A DNA stretch of 64,000 nucleotides from a phage. A program made the position numbers and the translations under genes. Shown here in pieces: positions 9,476 to 18,432 of this stretch. The first letter of the stretch is position 1. Each line of letters opens with the position of its first letter. The stretch lies in sequence record PZ386965.1. One strand, given 5' to 3'. The notes under the pieces are model-generated. The model did not search any database. It saw nothing but the letters and a program-made list of their open reading frames with translations, and was not told the DNA's origin.

Positions 9476-11289
9476 TGGTGTTTAACCCTATGCATGATTT
9501 CTTTATTTTTACCGAGATTAAATCCGCGTTCGTTCGGATTTCCAAGATAACCGCATGTTCTTCTTATGGTGTTCATCTTTTTAGGATCAGTTTCTCCACA
9601 AACTGAACAAACAAATCCATTTTCAGTAGGAGTCATTTCATGAGTACTTCCGCATGTAAAACATTTATCCACTGGCATATTAACACCAAAATAATCTAAA
9701 TGTTGCGCAGCATAATCCCAGACAGCCTCAAGTCCCTTTAAATTGTTTTTCATATCTGGAAGTTCAACATAAGAAATGTGACCACCTGTCGCAATGAAAT
9801 GATACGGCGCTTCACGAGAAATCTTTTCAAACGGAGTAATATTTTCTTCTACTGAAACATGGAAACTATTAGTGTACCAGCCTTTATCGGTAACATCTTT
9901 TACGCTTCCATATTTTTCAGTATCAAGTTTACAGAAGCGATAACAAAGGTTTTCAGCAGGAGTAGAATATAAACTAAAAGCAAATCCAGTTCTTTCGGTC
10001 CACTGTTTAAGATGAGCATTCATTTTAGTTAAAATTTCTTGTCCAATATCACGACCAACAAGAATATTCAATTCATGAATACCAATGTATCCTAAAGACA
10101 CTGAACTTCTGCCGTTTTTAAATAACTCAATTATATCGTCATCAGGTTTAAGACGAACCCCGAATGCACCTTCTTGGTAAAGAATAGGAGCAACAGTCGC
10201 TTTAACTCCTTTTAAAGAACTAATTCTACACATCAAGGCTTCAAAACACAGATCCATTCGTTCATTAAATAGCTCAACAAATTTCTGTTCATTGAACTGT
10301 GTTCCAATATAAGAATCTAACGCGATACGAGGAAGATTCAGTGTTACAACACCAAGATTATTACGTCCATCAAGAATTTCATTACCAGTCGAATCTTTCC
10401 ATACGCTCAAGAAACTACGGCAACCCATTGGAGAAACAGGAACTGAAGAACCGGTAATAGCTTTATTATTCTTAACAGAAATAATGTCAGGATACATTCT
10501 TTTGCTTGCACATTCTAACGCAAGTTGTTTAATATCATAGTTTGGATCATCTTTATAAAGATTAACACCTTCTTCAACAAACATAACAAGTTTAGGAAAA
10601 ATAGGAGTTATTCCATCACGACCAAGACCTTTAATGCGGTTTTTAAGAATTGCCTTCTGAATCATTCGTTCAGTCCAGTCGGTTCCTGTTCCAAATGTTA
10701 TAGTAACAAAAGGAGTTTGCCCGTTTGAACTAAAAAGAGTATTTACTTCATATTCATAAGCTTGGAATGCATCGTATACGTCTTTTTCCGTTTTAGATTG
10801 AGCATAATTCAACGCATCAGCGATTTGCCATTTTTCTGCATCCTCAATATGTTTTGCATAGGTGCGTTTAACATAGGGAGAAAGTACTTTATCTACATTA
10901 GCAAAAGTCGTTCCGCCGTATTGATGGGAAGCAACTTGTGCAGTAATTTGTGCCATAATTGCAGTAGCAACACCAATCGATTTAGGCGTTTCGATTTGAG
11001 CATTGCCTAATTTAAAACCATTCTCAAGCATCCCCTTTAAATCGACTAAACAGCAATTAGTAAACGGAAGAGCAGGAGAATAATCAATATCATGCATGTG
11101 GATAATTCCACTTTCATGCGCATTCATAATAAAAGACGGGACCGTATTTTTGGCAATGTGCTTAGACACAATACCAGCCATAAGGTCCCGTTGAGTTGGA
11201 AAAACACGAGAATCTTTATTAGCATTCTCGTTCAAAAGATCTTTATTAGTTTTACGAATTAATCCTTCAATTTCTTTTTCAATTTTCAT
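9472..11289 (-). CDS. nrdD: anaerobic ribonucleoside-triphosphate reductase NrdD (uninterrupted, no intron)
   Basis: 605 aa continuous ORF; C-terminal glycyl-radical motif RRTCGYLG; matches recalled T4 NrdD. Confidence 0.95.
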   Translation of the reverse strand: MKIEKEIEGLIRKTNKDLLNENANKDSRVFPTQRDLMAGIVSKHIAKNTVPSFIMNAHESGIIHMHDIDYSPALPFTNCCLVDLKGMLENGFKLGNAQIETPKSIGVATAIMAQITAQVASHQYGGTTFANVDKVLSPYVKRTYAKHIEDAEKWQIADALNYAQSKTEKDVYDAFQAYEYEVNTLFSSNGQTPFVTITFGTGTDWTERMIQKAILKNRIKGLGRDGITPIFPKLVMFVEEGVNLYKDDPNYDIKQLALECASKRMYPDIISVKNNKAITGSSVPVSPMGCRSFLSVWKDSTGNEILDGRNNLGVVTLNLPRIALDSYIGTQFNEQKFVELFNERMDLCFEALMCRISSLKGVKATVAPILYQEGAFGVRLKPDDDIIELFKNGRSSVSLGYIGIHELNILVGRDIGQEILTKMNAHLKQWTERTGFAFSLYSTPAENLCYRFCKLDTEKYGSVKDVTDKGWYTNSFHVSVEENITPFEKISREAPYHFIATGGHISYVELPDMKNNLKGLEAVWDYAAQHLDYFGVNMPVDKCFTCGSTHEMTPTENGFVCSVCGETDPKKMNTIRRTCGYLGNPNERGFNLGKNKEIMHRVKHQ

Positions 11290-11759
11290 TTTAAACTCTT
11301 TCTAAGCTGCTTTTTGAATGAAGCTATTAATTGTGTTTTAGTATCAGATTCATTATATTCAAATCCTCTTTGAAGCATCTCGGCCATCATTTCCTCTTTA
11401 CCTAGTCTTGAGAACTCTTTAGTTTTGTCTGGAACAAAATTAGGATGGATATTATTATCAGAATAATCTTGTTTCAAATAAGCAAGAAGAGCTTCAAGCC
11501 ATTCTAAGTAGTCAACGTTTTGACCTTTCAAACCGGAACGGTTGAACTTATGCTTCATTTGACCTTCTGCTGCGTTGCACAGATTACAGAGTAATCCACG
11601 AACTCTACCGGCTTTTGGCCCATTTAATTCGTGGTCATGGTCAAGATGGTTACCTTGAACATCAGGGTCTAATTCACGGTGGCAAATAGGACACTTACCG
11701 TTCTGTGCATCATAAAATTTTTGTTTTTCTTCTTTATATTTTGCGCCTGATAATAACAT
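11286..11759 (-). CDS. 49: endonuclease VII (Holliday junction resolvase) gp49
   Basis: 157 aa; zinc-binding CPICHR...HLDHDH...CNLCN; matches recalled T4 endo VII. Confidence 0.95.
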   Translation of the reverse strand: MLLSGAKYKEEKQKFYDAQNGKCPICHRELDPDVQGNHLDHDHELNGPKAGRVRGLLCNLCNAAEGQMKHKFNRSGLKGQNVDYLEWLEALLAYLKQDYSDNNIHPNFVPDKTKEFSRLGKEEMMAEMLQRGFEYNESDTKTQLIASFKKQLRKSLK

Positions 11760-11788
11760 GATAAACCCTTACCTTAAATAGATAAGGG

Positions 11789-11796
11789 TATTTATA
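11789..11796 (-). promoter_or_regulatory. T4-type late promoter (TATAAATA) upstream of gene 49
   Basis: Exact TATAAATA on minus strand 30 nt upstream of the gene 49 ATG; gene 49 is known to have a late promoter in T4. Confidence 0.5.
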
Positions 11797-11798
11797 AT

Positions 11799-11978
11799 TT
11801 AGTAAACGTTATAAAAGTCTCGATGGAAACGCTTATACTGACGAATCATTCTTTTAGTAGGACGAGTTTCTGAAATAATTGAAGTCCTCATATTTGGATT
11901 GTTTGGGGCCCCAATCATAATAAATTTCCAAGATTTTTGACCGTTTGTTCTTTCGCCAAAAAATAACGCAGTTTTCAT
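11799..11978 (-). CDS. small basic protein S1, 59 aa (below ORF-track cutoff)
   Basis: ATG start; MKTALFFGERTNGQKSWKFIMIGAPNNPNMRTSIISETRPTKRMIRQYKRFHRDFYNVY; paralog of 12403..12573. Confidence 0.35.
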   Translation of the reverse strand: MKTALFFGERTNGQKSWKFIMIGAPNNPNMRTSIISETRPTKRMIRQYKRFHRDFYNVY

Positions 11979-11987
11979 AATAAGCCC

Positions 11988-12401
11988 TTAACTTAAACGT
12001 CTTTCTAAATATTCAATGTATTCCGCTGCGGCTTGCATCAGATTGCCTTCATAACCGTCATTATTTTCTTGACCAGCTAATTTAGCTAAAGCATAAGAAA
12101 TACGTTCACCTTCGAATTCGCCAAGTCCACCATCACAAACTACTTGGTCAATTTCTTCGAGTTCGTCTATTGAATGGGATTCCCAGAAGCACCAAAGAGA
12201 AGTATCACGGTCATAGATGCAAAGTTTCTCACCTGTGTTCAACATCACTTCGATAATGCCATGGTCGCCATAACCATCTTCGGTAGTAGTACCAATTACC
12301 TTGATGATTGTTCCTTTCTTTAATTCAGGAAACTTGTCTTGTAGTTCTTCGTCTTCTTTAACAATCTTGAACCATTTACCGCGAGTTTCAGAAATATTCA
12401 T
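11988..12401 (-). CDS. hypothetical protein
   Basis: Trimmed to ATG (MNISETRGKWFK); 137 aa. Confidence 0.45.
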   Translation of the reverse strand: MNISETRGKWFKIVKEDEELQDKFPELKKGTIIKVIGTTTEDGYGDHGIIEVMLNTGEKLCIYDRDTSLWCFWESHSIDELEEIDQVVCDGGLGEFEGERISYALAKLAGQENNDGYEGNLMQAAAEYIEYLERRLS

Positions 12402-12402
12402 A

Positions 12403-12573
12403 TCAATATTCTCTATAAAAGTTACGATGAGAACGTTTAGCTTTGCGAAGCTGACGTTTAGTAGGACGAACTGTAAATGGTTGTCCAGAGAAAAAATTCG
12501 GATCGGTTTTAATAAGCAAACACCAATCATGCTTGCCATTTTTTAATAAACGGTACAATAATTTAACTTGCAT
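12403..12573 (-). CDS. small basic protein S2, 56 aa (paralog of S1)
   Basis: ATG with GAAGAG SD; shares K..W..I....P....RPTKR..R..KR.HR.FY pattern with S1. Confidence 0.35.
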   Translation of the reverse strand: MQVKLLYRLLKNGKHDWCLLIKTDPNFFSGQPFTVRPTKRQLRKAKRSHRNFYREY

Positions 12574-12701
12574 AATAATCTCTTCCCATTTCCATATCAA
12601 TTAATTCATTTATTGAAGGTTCATCATAACATGGTTCTTCGTCGTTGTAAACCGTTTCGACGTCTGGCTCGACAGTCTCCCATCGAGCCGAATACCACGG
12701 T

Positions 12702-13058
12702 TTAACCCCGGAGTTTATTGAGCTCTTCATAATCAATCCAGGATTCTAGCCCTGATGGCAGGTCACATTCAATGTTCCACAGAAGCTCTTCAATGGCTTG
12801 CAGGCGATTATATTCTTCAACGGTAATGGTAACCATTGGTGCAACCGGTTCTGCCTTTTTAACCATCATATCGTTCATCAGGACGTAAAGGTCATCACGA
12901 ACGACAGTGTCGTTCCAACCCCATGATTTGGCTTCGTAAGCTAATGACGAAGGGAGCACATTTAAAACTTCAATAATAGATGGAGATTCAGGACCAAGCT
13001 CTGATACACAAACTTCGTATGCATCTTGGAAATCTTTAAGATTTAATGAATATGTCAT
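12702..13058 (-). CDS. hypothetical protein
   Basis: 118-aa ORF. Confidence 0.45.
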   Translation of the reverse strand: MTYSLNLKDFQDAYEVCVSELGPESPSIIEVLNVLPSSLAYEAKSWGWNDTVVRDDLYVLMNDMMVKKAEPVAPMVTITVEEYNRLQAIEELLWNIECDLPSGLESWIDYEELNKLRG

Positions 13059-13077
13059 TTAAAATATTCTCGCAGTT
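13055..13077. repeat. 23-bp direct repeat copy 1 (TCATTTAAAATATTCTCGCAGTT)
   Basis: Identical to 13370-13392; the pair flanks the single gene 13077..13373. Confidence 0.8.
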
Positions 13078-13373
13078 TATTGTTCTACCCAGGCACAGGA
13101 AACTTCGAAATCAGGACCACCGTATTCCCAGTGATATTCACCAACAGGAATCCAGTCACCGTGCTCGTTTTCTTCGTAGTCTTCAGGTTCAAGACCAACG
13201 AATCGCCATTGAACACCTATGATTCGATTACCCATTAATATACGAAATTCACCCCATGGATTATCGATAGCATATTGGATATCGTTCTTAGCACGAGAAC
13301 ACATTTCTTGATATAACAAAGCTTCTAATTCGCCCTGATCATAAGGGCCCGGGAAAGTTAAATCAATACTCAT
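13077..13373 (-). CDS. hypothetical protein (cassette gene bracketed by direct repeats)
   Basis: 98 aa; ATG overlaps nrdC stop (ATGA). Confidence 0.45.
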   Translation of the reverse strand: MSIDLTFPGPYDQGELEALLYQEMCSRAKNDIQYAIDNPWGEFRILMGNRIIGVQWRFVGLEPEDYEENEHGDWIPVGEYHWEYGGPDFEVSCAWVEQ

Positions 13374-13392
13374 TTAAAATATTCTCGCAGTT
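13370..13392. repeat. 23-bp direct repeat copy 2
   Basis: Identical to 13055-13077; here it encodes the nrdC C-terminus and stop. Confidence 0.8.
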
Positions 13393-13633
13393 GGTCAAAT
13401 CCACCAATATGACTTCCGTCAGGAGCAAATACTTGAGGCATAGTCAATCCAACTTGTGATTCACGTCCAAGCTTAACCAGAAGCTCAGCAATTTTTTCTT
13501 CATCGAATACACCTTTTTCTGGCATAATGTTGATAAATTCAAACGGCTGTTTCTTAACAGTCAGCAATCGTTTCGCATTATCGCAATAAATGCATTTATG
13601 AATAGTAGAGTCATACCCGTACACTTTAAACAT
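13370..13633 (-). CDS. nrdC: thioredoxin NrdC
   Basis: 87 aa from MFKVYGYDS...CIYC; matches recalled T4 thioredoxin; GAAAGG SD. Confidence 0.9.
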   Translation of the reverse strand: MFKVYGYDSTIHKCIYCDNAKRLLTVKKQPFEFINIMPEKGVFDEEKIAELLVKLGRESQVGLTMPQVFAPDGSHIGGFDQLREYFK

Positions 13634-14039
13634 TATTTTTCCTTTCATCGATTAAATATGCAACGCCAAATACAATACATGTAATAAAACCTGTGATACA
13701 GATAGAAACCAACAACACTGTACCAAAGAACCAAATCAAGTTATCTTTAGTAGTTTGTTTGATATCCATCTCACGAATTTCTATAGCTATCGTATCACCT
13801 TTATTCAGAAGCGTATAAAATGACGGTGATACACGCCTGTCAAAAACTCGTCCTTGCTCATCTTTATAGACTGCAATAAATTCTAATTTAGAATATTTTC
13901 CTGTAGATTGGCCTGAGATTAATTCCACTACCTCCACAGGAATTACTTTAGTTTCCATGTAAGTATTCTGGCTGTTCCAAATGAATGGAATAATAGCAAA
14001 AACTAAAGCTGCGATAAAACAACGAAGGCTATATCTCAT
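13626..14039 (-). CDS. membrane protein (two hydrophobic segments)
   Basis: 137 aa; N- and C-terminal hydrophobic stretches. Confidence 0.45.
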   Translation of the reverse strand: MRYSLRCFIAALVFAIIPFIWNSQNTYMETKVIPVEVVELISGQSTGKYSKLEFIAVYKDEQGRVFDRRVSPSFYTLLNKGDTIAIEIREMDIKQTTKDNLIWFFGTVLLVSICITGFITCIVFGVAYLIDERKNNV

Positions 14040-14344
14040 TATAATGTTCTCTCAAATTTGTGGAAGCATTTACGGCATTTCAATTTCAAGTTATCAGTGG
14101 TCCAGTTAACCAGTTGGACTTGGATAGTTCCACATTCCGGGCATGGATGTTTTGCTGCCGATTTGGCAGCATTTTCACGTCGTTCAACCATTTTCATTAT
14201 TTCGTTCCATGCTGGAGGAACGAACTCTTCTTCACCGTGGATTTTATCTCGCTGAACAAATTCAATCTTTGAACTATCGTCAATAAACTTAACCAAGCCA
14301 TGATTAGTGCTCATATCAATATCCTCTAAAAGACGTAGGTTCAT
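14039..14344 (-). CDS. zinc-ribbon protein
   Basis: 101 aa; CPEC...CRKC pair. Confidence 0.45.
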   Translation of the reverse strand: MNLRLLEDIDMSTNHGLVKFIDDSSKIEFVQRDKIHGEEEFVPPAWNEIMKMVERRENAAKSAAKHPCPECGTIQVQLVNWTTDNLKLKCRKCFHKFERTL

Positions 14345-15285
14345 TATAACACCTCAATGGCATTTCGTAAACCGTCCGCTTTCGCATTCAGAGCTTTTAA
14401 CGATTTAGTCTGTTCTTTAATCTGAGCTTCGACTTCTTTCAGACGAGATTTGAGATATTCACGTTCTTCGCTCAGGTTATCAACCTTTTCAACTTTAGGT
14501 TCTTTAGGCTTATACTCGTTAGGATTCTTCAGTTTAATTCGAATTCGAGAACTGAATAACATTGAACCGTTATCTTCGGTTTCGTCGAACATTTCAACAA
14601 CATCCATAGTCTGTAACATCACGCAGAGTTTATAAGACAACGAACGAATAGTTTTGTTGTGCTTATTAATTTCTTCGGCTTTCATGGCACCGAGATTACG
14701 TGAGTAGTAATAAGGAACCTGGATATCAATTGATAATGATGCGTTACCATTACCTGTTGGTTTGAATACTGCAGTAACCCAATCTTTAACATGAACTTTA
14801 TTTGTACGATCATCGCCGCCTGTGAATAATTTACGAGAATGTTTAAAAAGCATATTCACTTGGTTATTGAATTCACAAGCAAATTTATCAGCAAATTTAG
14901 TTTCAGGAATGGTAGATAACCAATCAGCCAAATGAGTCTTTTTAACATCATTAACAATAGTGAATTCAACCAAATCGGTTTTAGATGTCACAGATTTAAT
15001 AAAGCTCGGTTTCATAAAGTTTTTAATGTTATCGCGAGCTACAGTAGAAGATAATAAACGAGAACGTTTGAACCATTGAAGCAGCGTCCCTAATGAATGA
15101 GAATATGCATTTTGAGTATCTTTACAGATATGATTTTCTTGGTCCGTGTATGTACCAAAATCTCGAAGAATACCACTTACTACATCTCGGTGTGGAATAT
15201 CAAATCCTAGTGCACCAGAAGCGCGCTGAGCATGAACGTTAGCGATAAGACCGGCAAAGTATTCAATGTAATGTGAACGTGTCAT
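14344..15285 (-). CDS. hypothetical protein with C-terminal coiled coil
   Basis: 313 aa; ATG with GAGGA SD; preceded by promoter 15314-15342. Confidence 0.5.
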   Translation of the reverse strand: MTRSHYIEYFAGLIANVHAQRASGALGFDIPHRDVVSGILRDFGTYTDQENHICKDTQNAYSHSLGTLLQWFKRSRLLSSTVARDNIKNFMKPSFIKSVTSKTDLVEFTIVNDVKKTHLADWLSTIPETKFADKFACEFNNQVNMLFKHSRKLFTGGDDRTNKVHVKDWVTAVFKPTGNGNASLSIDIQVPYYYSRNLGAMKAEEINKHNKTIRSLSYKLCVMLQTMDVVEMFDETEDNGSMLFSSRIRIKLKNPNEYKPKEPKVEKVDNLSEEREYLKSRLKEVEAQIKEQTKSLKALNAKADGLRNAIEVL

Positions 15286-15313
15286 AATATTTTCCTCTCG
15301 TTAAGATAGAAAG

Positions 15314-15342
15314 ATTATACTCTAACCATCCTTGGTTGTAAA
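15314..15342 (-). promoter_or_regulatory. sigma70-type early promoter (CCAAGGATGG-spacer family)
   Basis: Minus strand TTTACA-N17-TATAAT; spacer contains CCAAGGATGG shared with 16334-16362. Confidence 0.5.
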
Positions 15343-15347
15343 CTGAT

Positions 15348-16307
15348 TTATGATTTTAATGCATTCATTGCGTTAAAAAGTTTAGAGTATTGCAACTGGA
15401 GATTGGTCACCACCTGTTGAGCATCACGAAGCTTAGCTTGTGCCTTATCAAGTTCAGCAGACAGTTGGTCTACAGTAGCCTTGATTTGATTGTAATAATA
15501 ATCTTCAGCCGGAAGAAGGTCATTAGAAACATTTAGTTTTACTGCCGACAGTTTGCACACATTTGGCAAACCTTTAAACATACCAGATTGTGCTGGAGAA
15601 TATGCACCTAGAACCTCTGCATTACCGACTGGTGTTGCTGTAATATTGCCTTCAAACAATGCATTTTCCTTTTTAAGATTTTGATAGTATTCAGAGTCTT
15701 TGTGCCACCATGGTGCAGGAACCTTTTTACCAATAGATACACGAGCTTGGATAGCGATATGGCCCTTATTCTTGATAAGGTCGACAATATTAAGCTCACG
15801 AGAATAAATTGCTTTAATCTGGTGGATATTATCACCTAAAACTTCCAACGCTTGGTGGAATACACGAGCAACGTTATCATTCTTAGGTTTATACGTAAGA
15901 GTGAACTCATTCTCACTGATAACCATGATTTCCAACTTATCGTAAGTATATTTCAAATGTTTCATGTTAATTGCTTGAGGACGAATACGAGAAGCAATGG
16001 CCATCAGATTGTTAAGGTTATTCCGGAACTGCTTAGCGAAATATTGTCCTTCACCGCCAATACAAAAATTACGAAGTTTCTGTTTGGCCAGTAAACGACT
16101 GAACTCGCCATTTTTAATGAACTCTTTAACGGGTGTGTTAGTAACGCATTCAAATTGAGTAAACTTACGAGAATTAATCCCATAATACGAACAGATTTCT
16201 TCAATCTCTTCAGGAGTCTTTACAGGCATACGGATAGGATTAGGTCCTGGGGTATATGCGTTCGAGGTAAATTCTTTGATAAGTTCTCTACGTGTAATAA
16301 AAGCCAT
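15348..16307 (-). CDS. hypothetical protein with C-terminal coiled coil
   Basis: 319 aa; ATG with GAGGA SD. Confidence 0.5.
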   Translation of the reverse strand: MAFITRRELIKEFTSNAYTPGPNPIRMPVKTPEEIEEICSYYGINSRKFTQFECVTNTPVKEFIKNGEFSRLLAKQKLRNFCIGGEGQYFAKQFRNNLNNLMAIASRIRPQAINMKHLKYTYDKLEIMVISENEFTLTYKPKNDNVARVFHQALEVLGDNIHQIKAIYSRELNIVDLIKNKGHIAIQARVSIGKKVPAPWWHKDSEYYQNLKKENALFEGNITATPVGNAEVLGAYSPAQSGMFKGLPNVCKLSAVKLNVSNDLLPAEDYYYNQIKATVDQLSAELDKAQAKLRDAQQVVTNLQLQYSKLFNAMNALKS

Positions 16308-16333
16308 TTTATATTCCTCATGTTGAAAAATTT

Positions 16334-16362
16334 ATTATACTCCAACCATCCTTGGTTGTACA
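16334..16362 (-). promoter_or_regulatory. sigma70-type early promoter (CCAAGGATGG-spacer family)
   Basis: Minus strand TGTACA-N17-TATAAT; near-identical to 15314-15342. Confidence 0.5.
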
Positions 16363-17358
16363 TCATTCCTTAAGAAGTTTTACTACTTGAATAAGATTAG
16401 CTCGTTCTGTTTTATTTTTACCATTTAAGCCTGCTAATCGTGAGATTTCATCGTCAGTCTGTTGAATAGTTACATTAAGTTCGTTAATCAAAGCTTCAAA
16501 GTATTTGATTTGCTCAGCATGTTTTGATTCAAATTTCTGAACCGGAATAACGTCTTGGTTTAGTTCGTCAATAAGGTCTTTAAGAGCATCTTCTTGGTTG
16601 ATATCGTATTCAACTTCTTTTATTTCTTCAACTAGCTCGTCTTTATATCTAACGTCTTTTAGTCCTGGTGCTGGTCCTGAAATCTCTTCTTTAAGAGTAC
16701 AAACATACCCAATACGGTATCCAGTGCCGTCTCGCTTGATATCAACTTCGTCGATAAATCCACAATGTTTGAGACCAGAGCCGATTAGGTCAAAATATCC
16801 TTGACGACGTCCTTCAAACGTTACACGAACTACTAAGACAGTTTTGCCTGCAATCTTTTGAAGCTCACATTTATAAAAGTCAGTTGAACCTGAATAACGT
16901 GGATGAGTTTTAAAGTTCATCTGACGATCTAGGCCCATTTGTAAACGTGCTGTTACGGCCATAAAACGTGTTTGGTTCTCGTTAAGATGAGCAACAATCC
17001 ATTTCAAAGGCATTTTACACTGTTCACGACCGAACAAATCAGTACGTCCTAGATTACGCAGGATGTTGTTAGAGTTAATCATCGACAGAACGTTAAGTTT
17101 ATTCAGCGCGCTGAAGATTCCATCAGCCATTGATTTTCCGTAGCCTTTACACGCTTTAATAAGCGCTCGCGGTAGATTAGTATAGATTTCAGACGGCATA
17201 TGAAAATCAAATTTACTAACCAGTAATTGATGAACTTGGATAGCAATTCGTTCATAATTAAGCGCTCTGCGATCATTATGGTCTTTAAACCACACTTTAA
17301 TCTGTGAAGCACATAAACCGTTAATTTCATGTTTTATCGCATCAGATGTAATGCTCAT
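16363..17358 (-). CDS. hypothetical protein with C-terminal coiled coil
   Basis: 331 aa; ATG with GAGGA SD. Confidence 0.5.
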   Translation of the reverse strand: MSITSDAIKHEINGLCASQIKVWFKDHNDRRALNYERIAIQVHQLLVSKFDFHMPSEIYTNLPRALIKACKGYGKSMADGIFSALNKLNVLSMINSNNILRNLGRTDLFGREQCKMPLKWIVAHLNENQTRFMAVTARLQMGLDRQMNFKTHPRYSGSTDFYKCELQKIAGKTVLVVRVTFEGRRQGYFDLIGSGLKHCGFIDEVDIKRDGTGYRIGYVCTLKEEISGPAPGLKDVRYKDELVEEIKEVEYDINQEDALKDLIDELNQDVIPVQKFESKHAEQIKYFEALINELNVTIQQTDDEISRLAGLNGKNKTERANLIQVVKLLKE

Positions 17359-17420
17359 AACTATTTCCTCAGATTGAATTGGAACTCAAAACCATTATAA
17401 CCCGTCCTTGGGTAAAGCGT

Positions 17421-17948
17421 TTATGCGTGAACCGTCTTTAAACGTTCTTCAAATTTCCGAAGAGTACTAATACGTTCTGCTTTCTGTTTTGTATAGTTTG
17501 CAATACGTTCTGAAGTGAGAGCGTATCGTTCGTTTACTGTTTCTTTCATGAAGTCAGGGATTTCACGAGAAGCTTTAATTTCATCAAACTTGTCGAGTAC
17601 TGCCTGGTCTTCAGCGATTAAATTTTCATACATCTCGATATCTTTCTTGATAAACTCGATATCTTCCTGAGTTACTTTGGATAAACGAGATGCTTTATCC
17701 TTTTTGTACTGCTCGTTAGTTTCACGAGACCAGAATAATGTACGTTTTTTGTTAGTGTTTTTGTAGACTTCCACAATTCCAACTGAATCGATGATAACAA
17801 TCCAATTCCAGCGAGATTTGAAAATCTGACCTCCATCCACAGTAATCTCGTTACCATAAGCAACGTCATTAAAGAACTTGCTCTGTGCTTCAGATTTAAA
17901 TTTACCGTCGTTATAATTTACCAGGTTGAAAATATCTTTAGCGTTCAT
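17421..17948 (-). CDS. hypothetical protein
   Basis: 175 aa; ATG with GGAGG SD. Confidence 0.45.
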   Translation of the reverse strand: MNAKDIFNLVNYNDGKFKSEAQSKFFNDVAYGNEITVDGGQIFKSRWNWIVIIDSVGIVEVYKNTNKKRTLFWSRETNEQYKKDKASRLSKVTQEDIEFIKKDIEMYENLIAEDQAVLDKFDEIKASREIPDFMKETVNERYALTSERIANYTKQKAERISTLRKFEERLKTVHA

Positions 17949-17975
17949 GTTTTACCTCCAGTAGTTGATAGGTCT

Positions 17976-18003
17976 ATAATAACATAACCATAGACCTTGT
18001 AAA
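17976..18003 (-). promoter_or_regulatory. sigma70-type early promoter with stem-loop
   Basis: Minus strand TTTACA-N16-TATTAT with TG extension; AGGTCTAT/ATAGACCT inverted repeat. Confidence 0.45.
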
Positions 18004-18006
18004 CAA

Positions 18007-18294
18007 CTAAAAGAAACTTTTTTCGGTATTTTTTCCACTGAACCAAACAGACTTCGGGATTTTTTGTAATTTTTCAGATTTAAGTTTCTCTTCCTGTTCT
18101 TTCTTATATACACTCTTGTCGTACTGGAGCATCTCTATGGCATTCTTTTGCAAATGATCTAAGGTAATTAAGGCTTTAGTTTTTCCTTTCAAGGAAGAGT
18201 CCTGGCGAACCTCCTCGCTATATTGCATTGTAGAACTAACCATACGATGTGCATAGAGTTCGACTGCGGCTTTAATTTTTTGCATAAAATCCAT
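18007..18294 (-). CDS. hypothetical protein
   Basis: 95-aa ORF. Confidence 0.35.
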   Translation of the reverse strand: MDFMQKIKAAVELYAHRMVSSTMQYSEEVRQDSSLKGKTKALITLDHLQKNAIEMLQYDKSVYKKEQEEKLKSEKLQKIPKSVWFSGKNTEKSFF

Positions 18295-18432
18295 AACATA
18301 TCCTCTTTGATTTGTACATCATTATTTTTAAATATTTCTATGCCCTCAGTAGGTTCCTGGTGTCCTTCTTTGAGGTAAGCCATATGATTATTCATCTTTA
18401 TGGCTTTTGTTACCTCAGAACTTCCTATAAGC

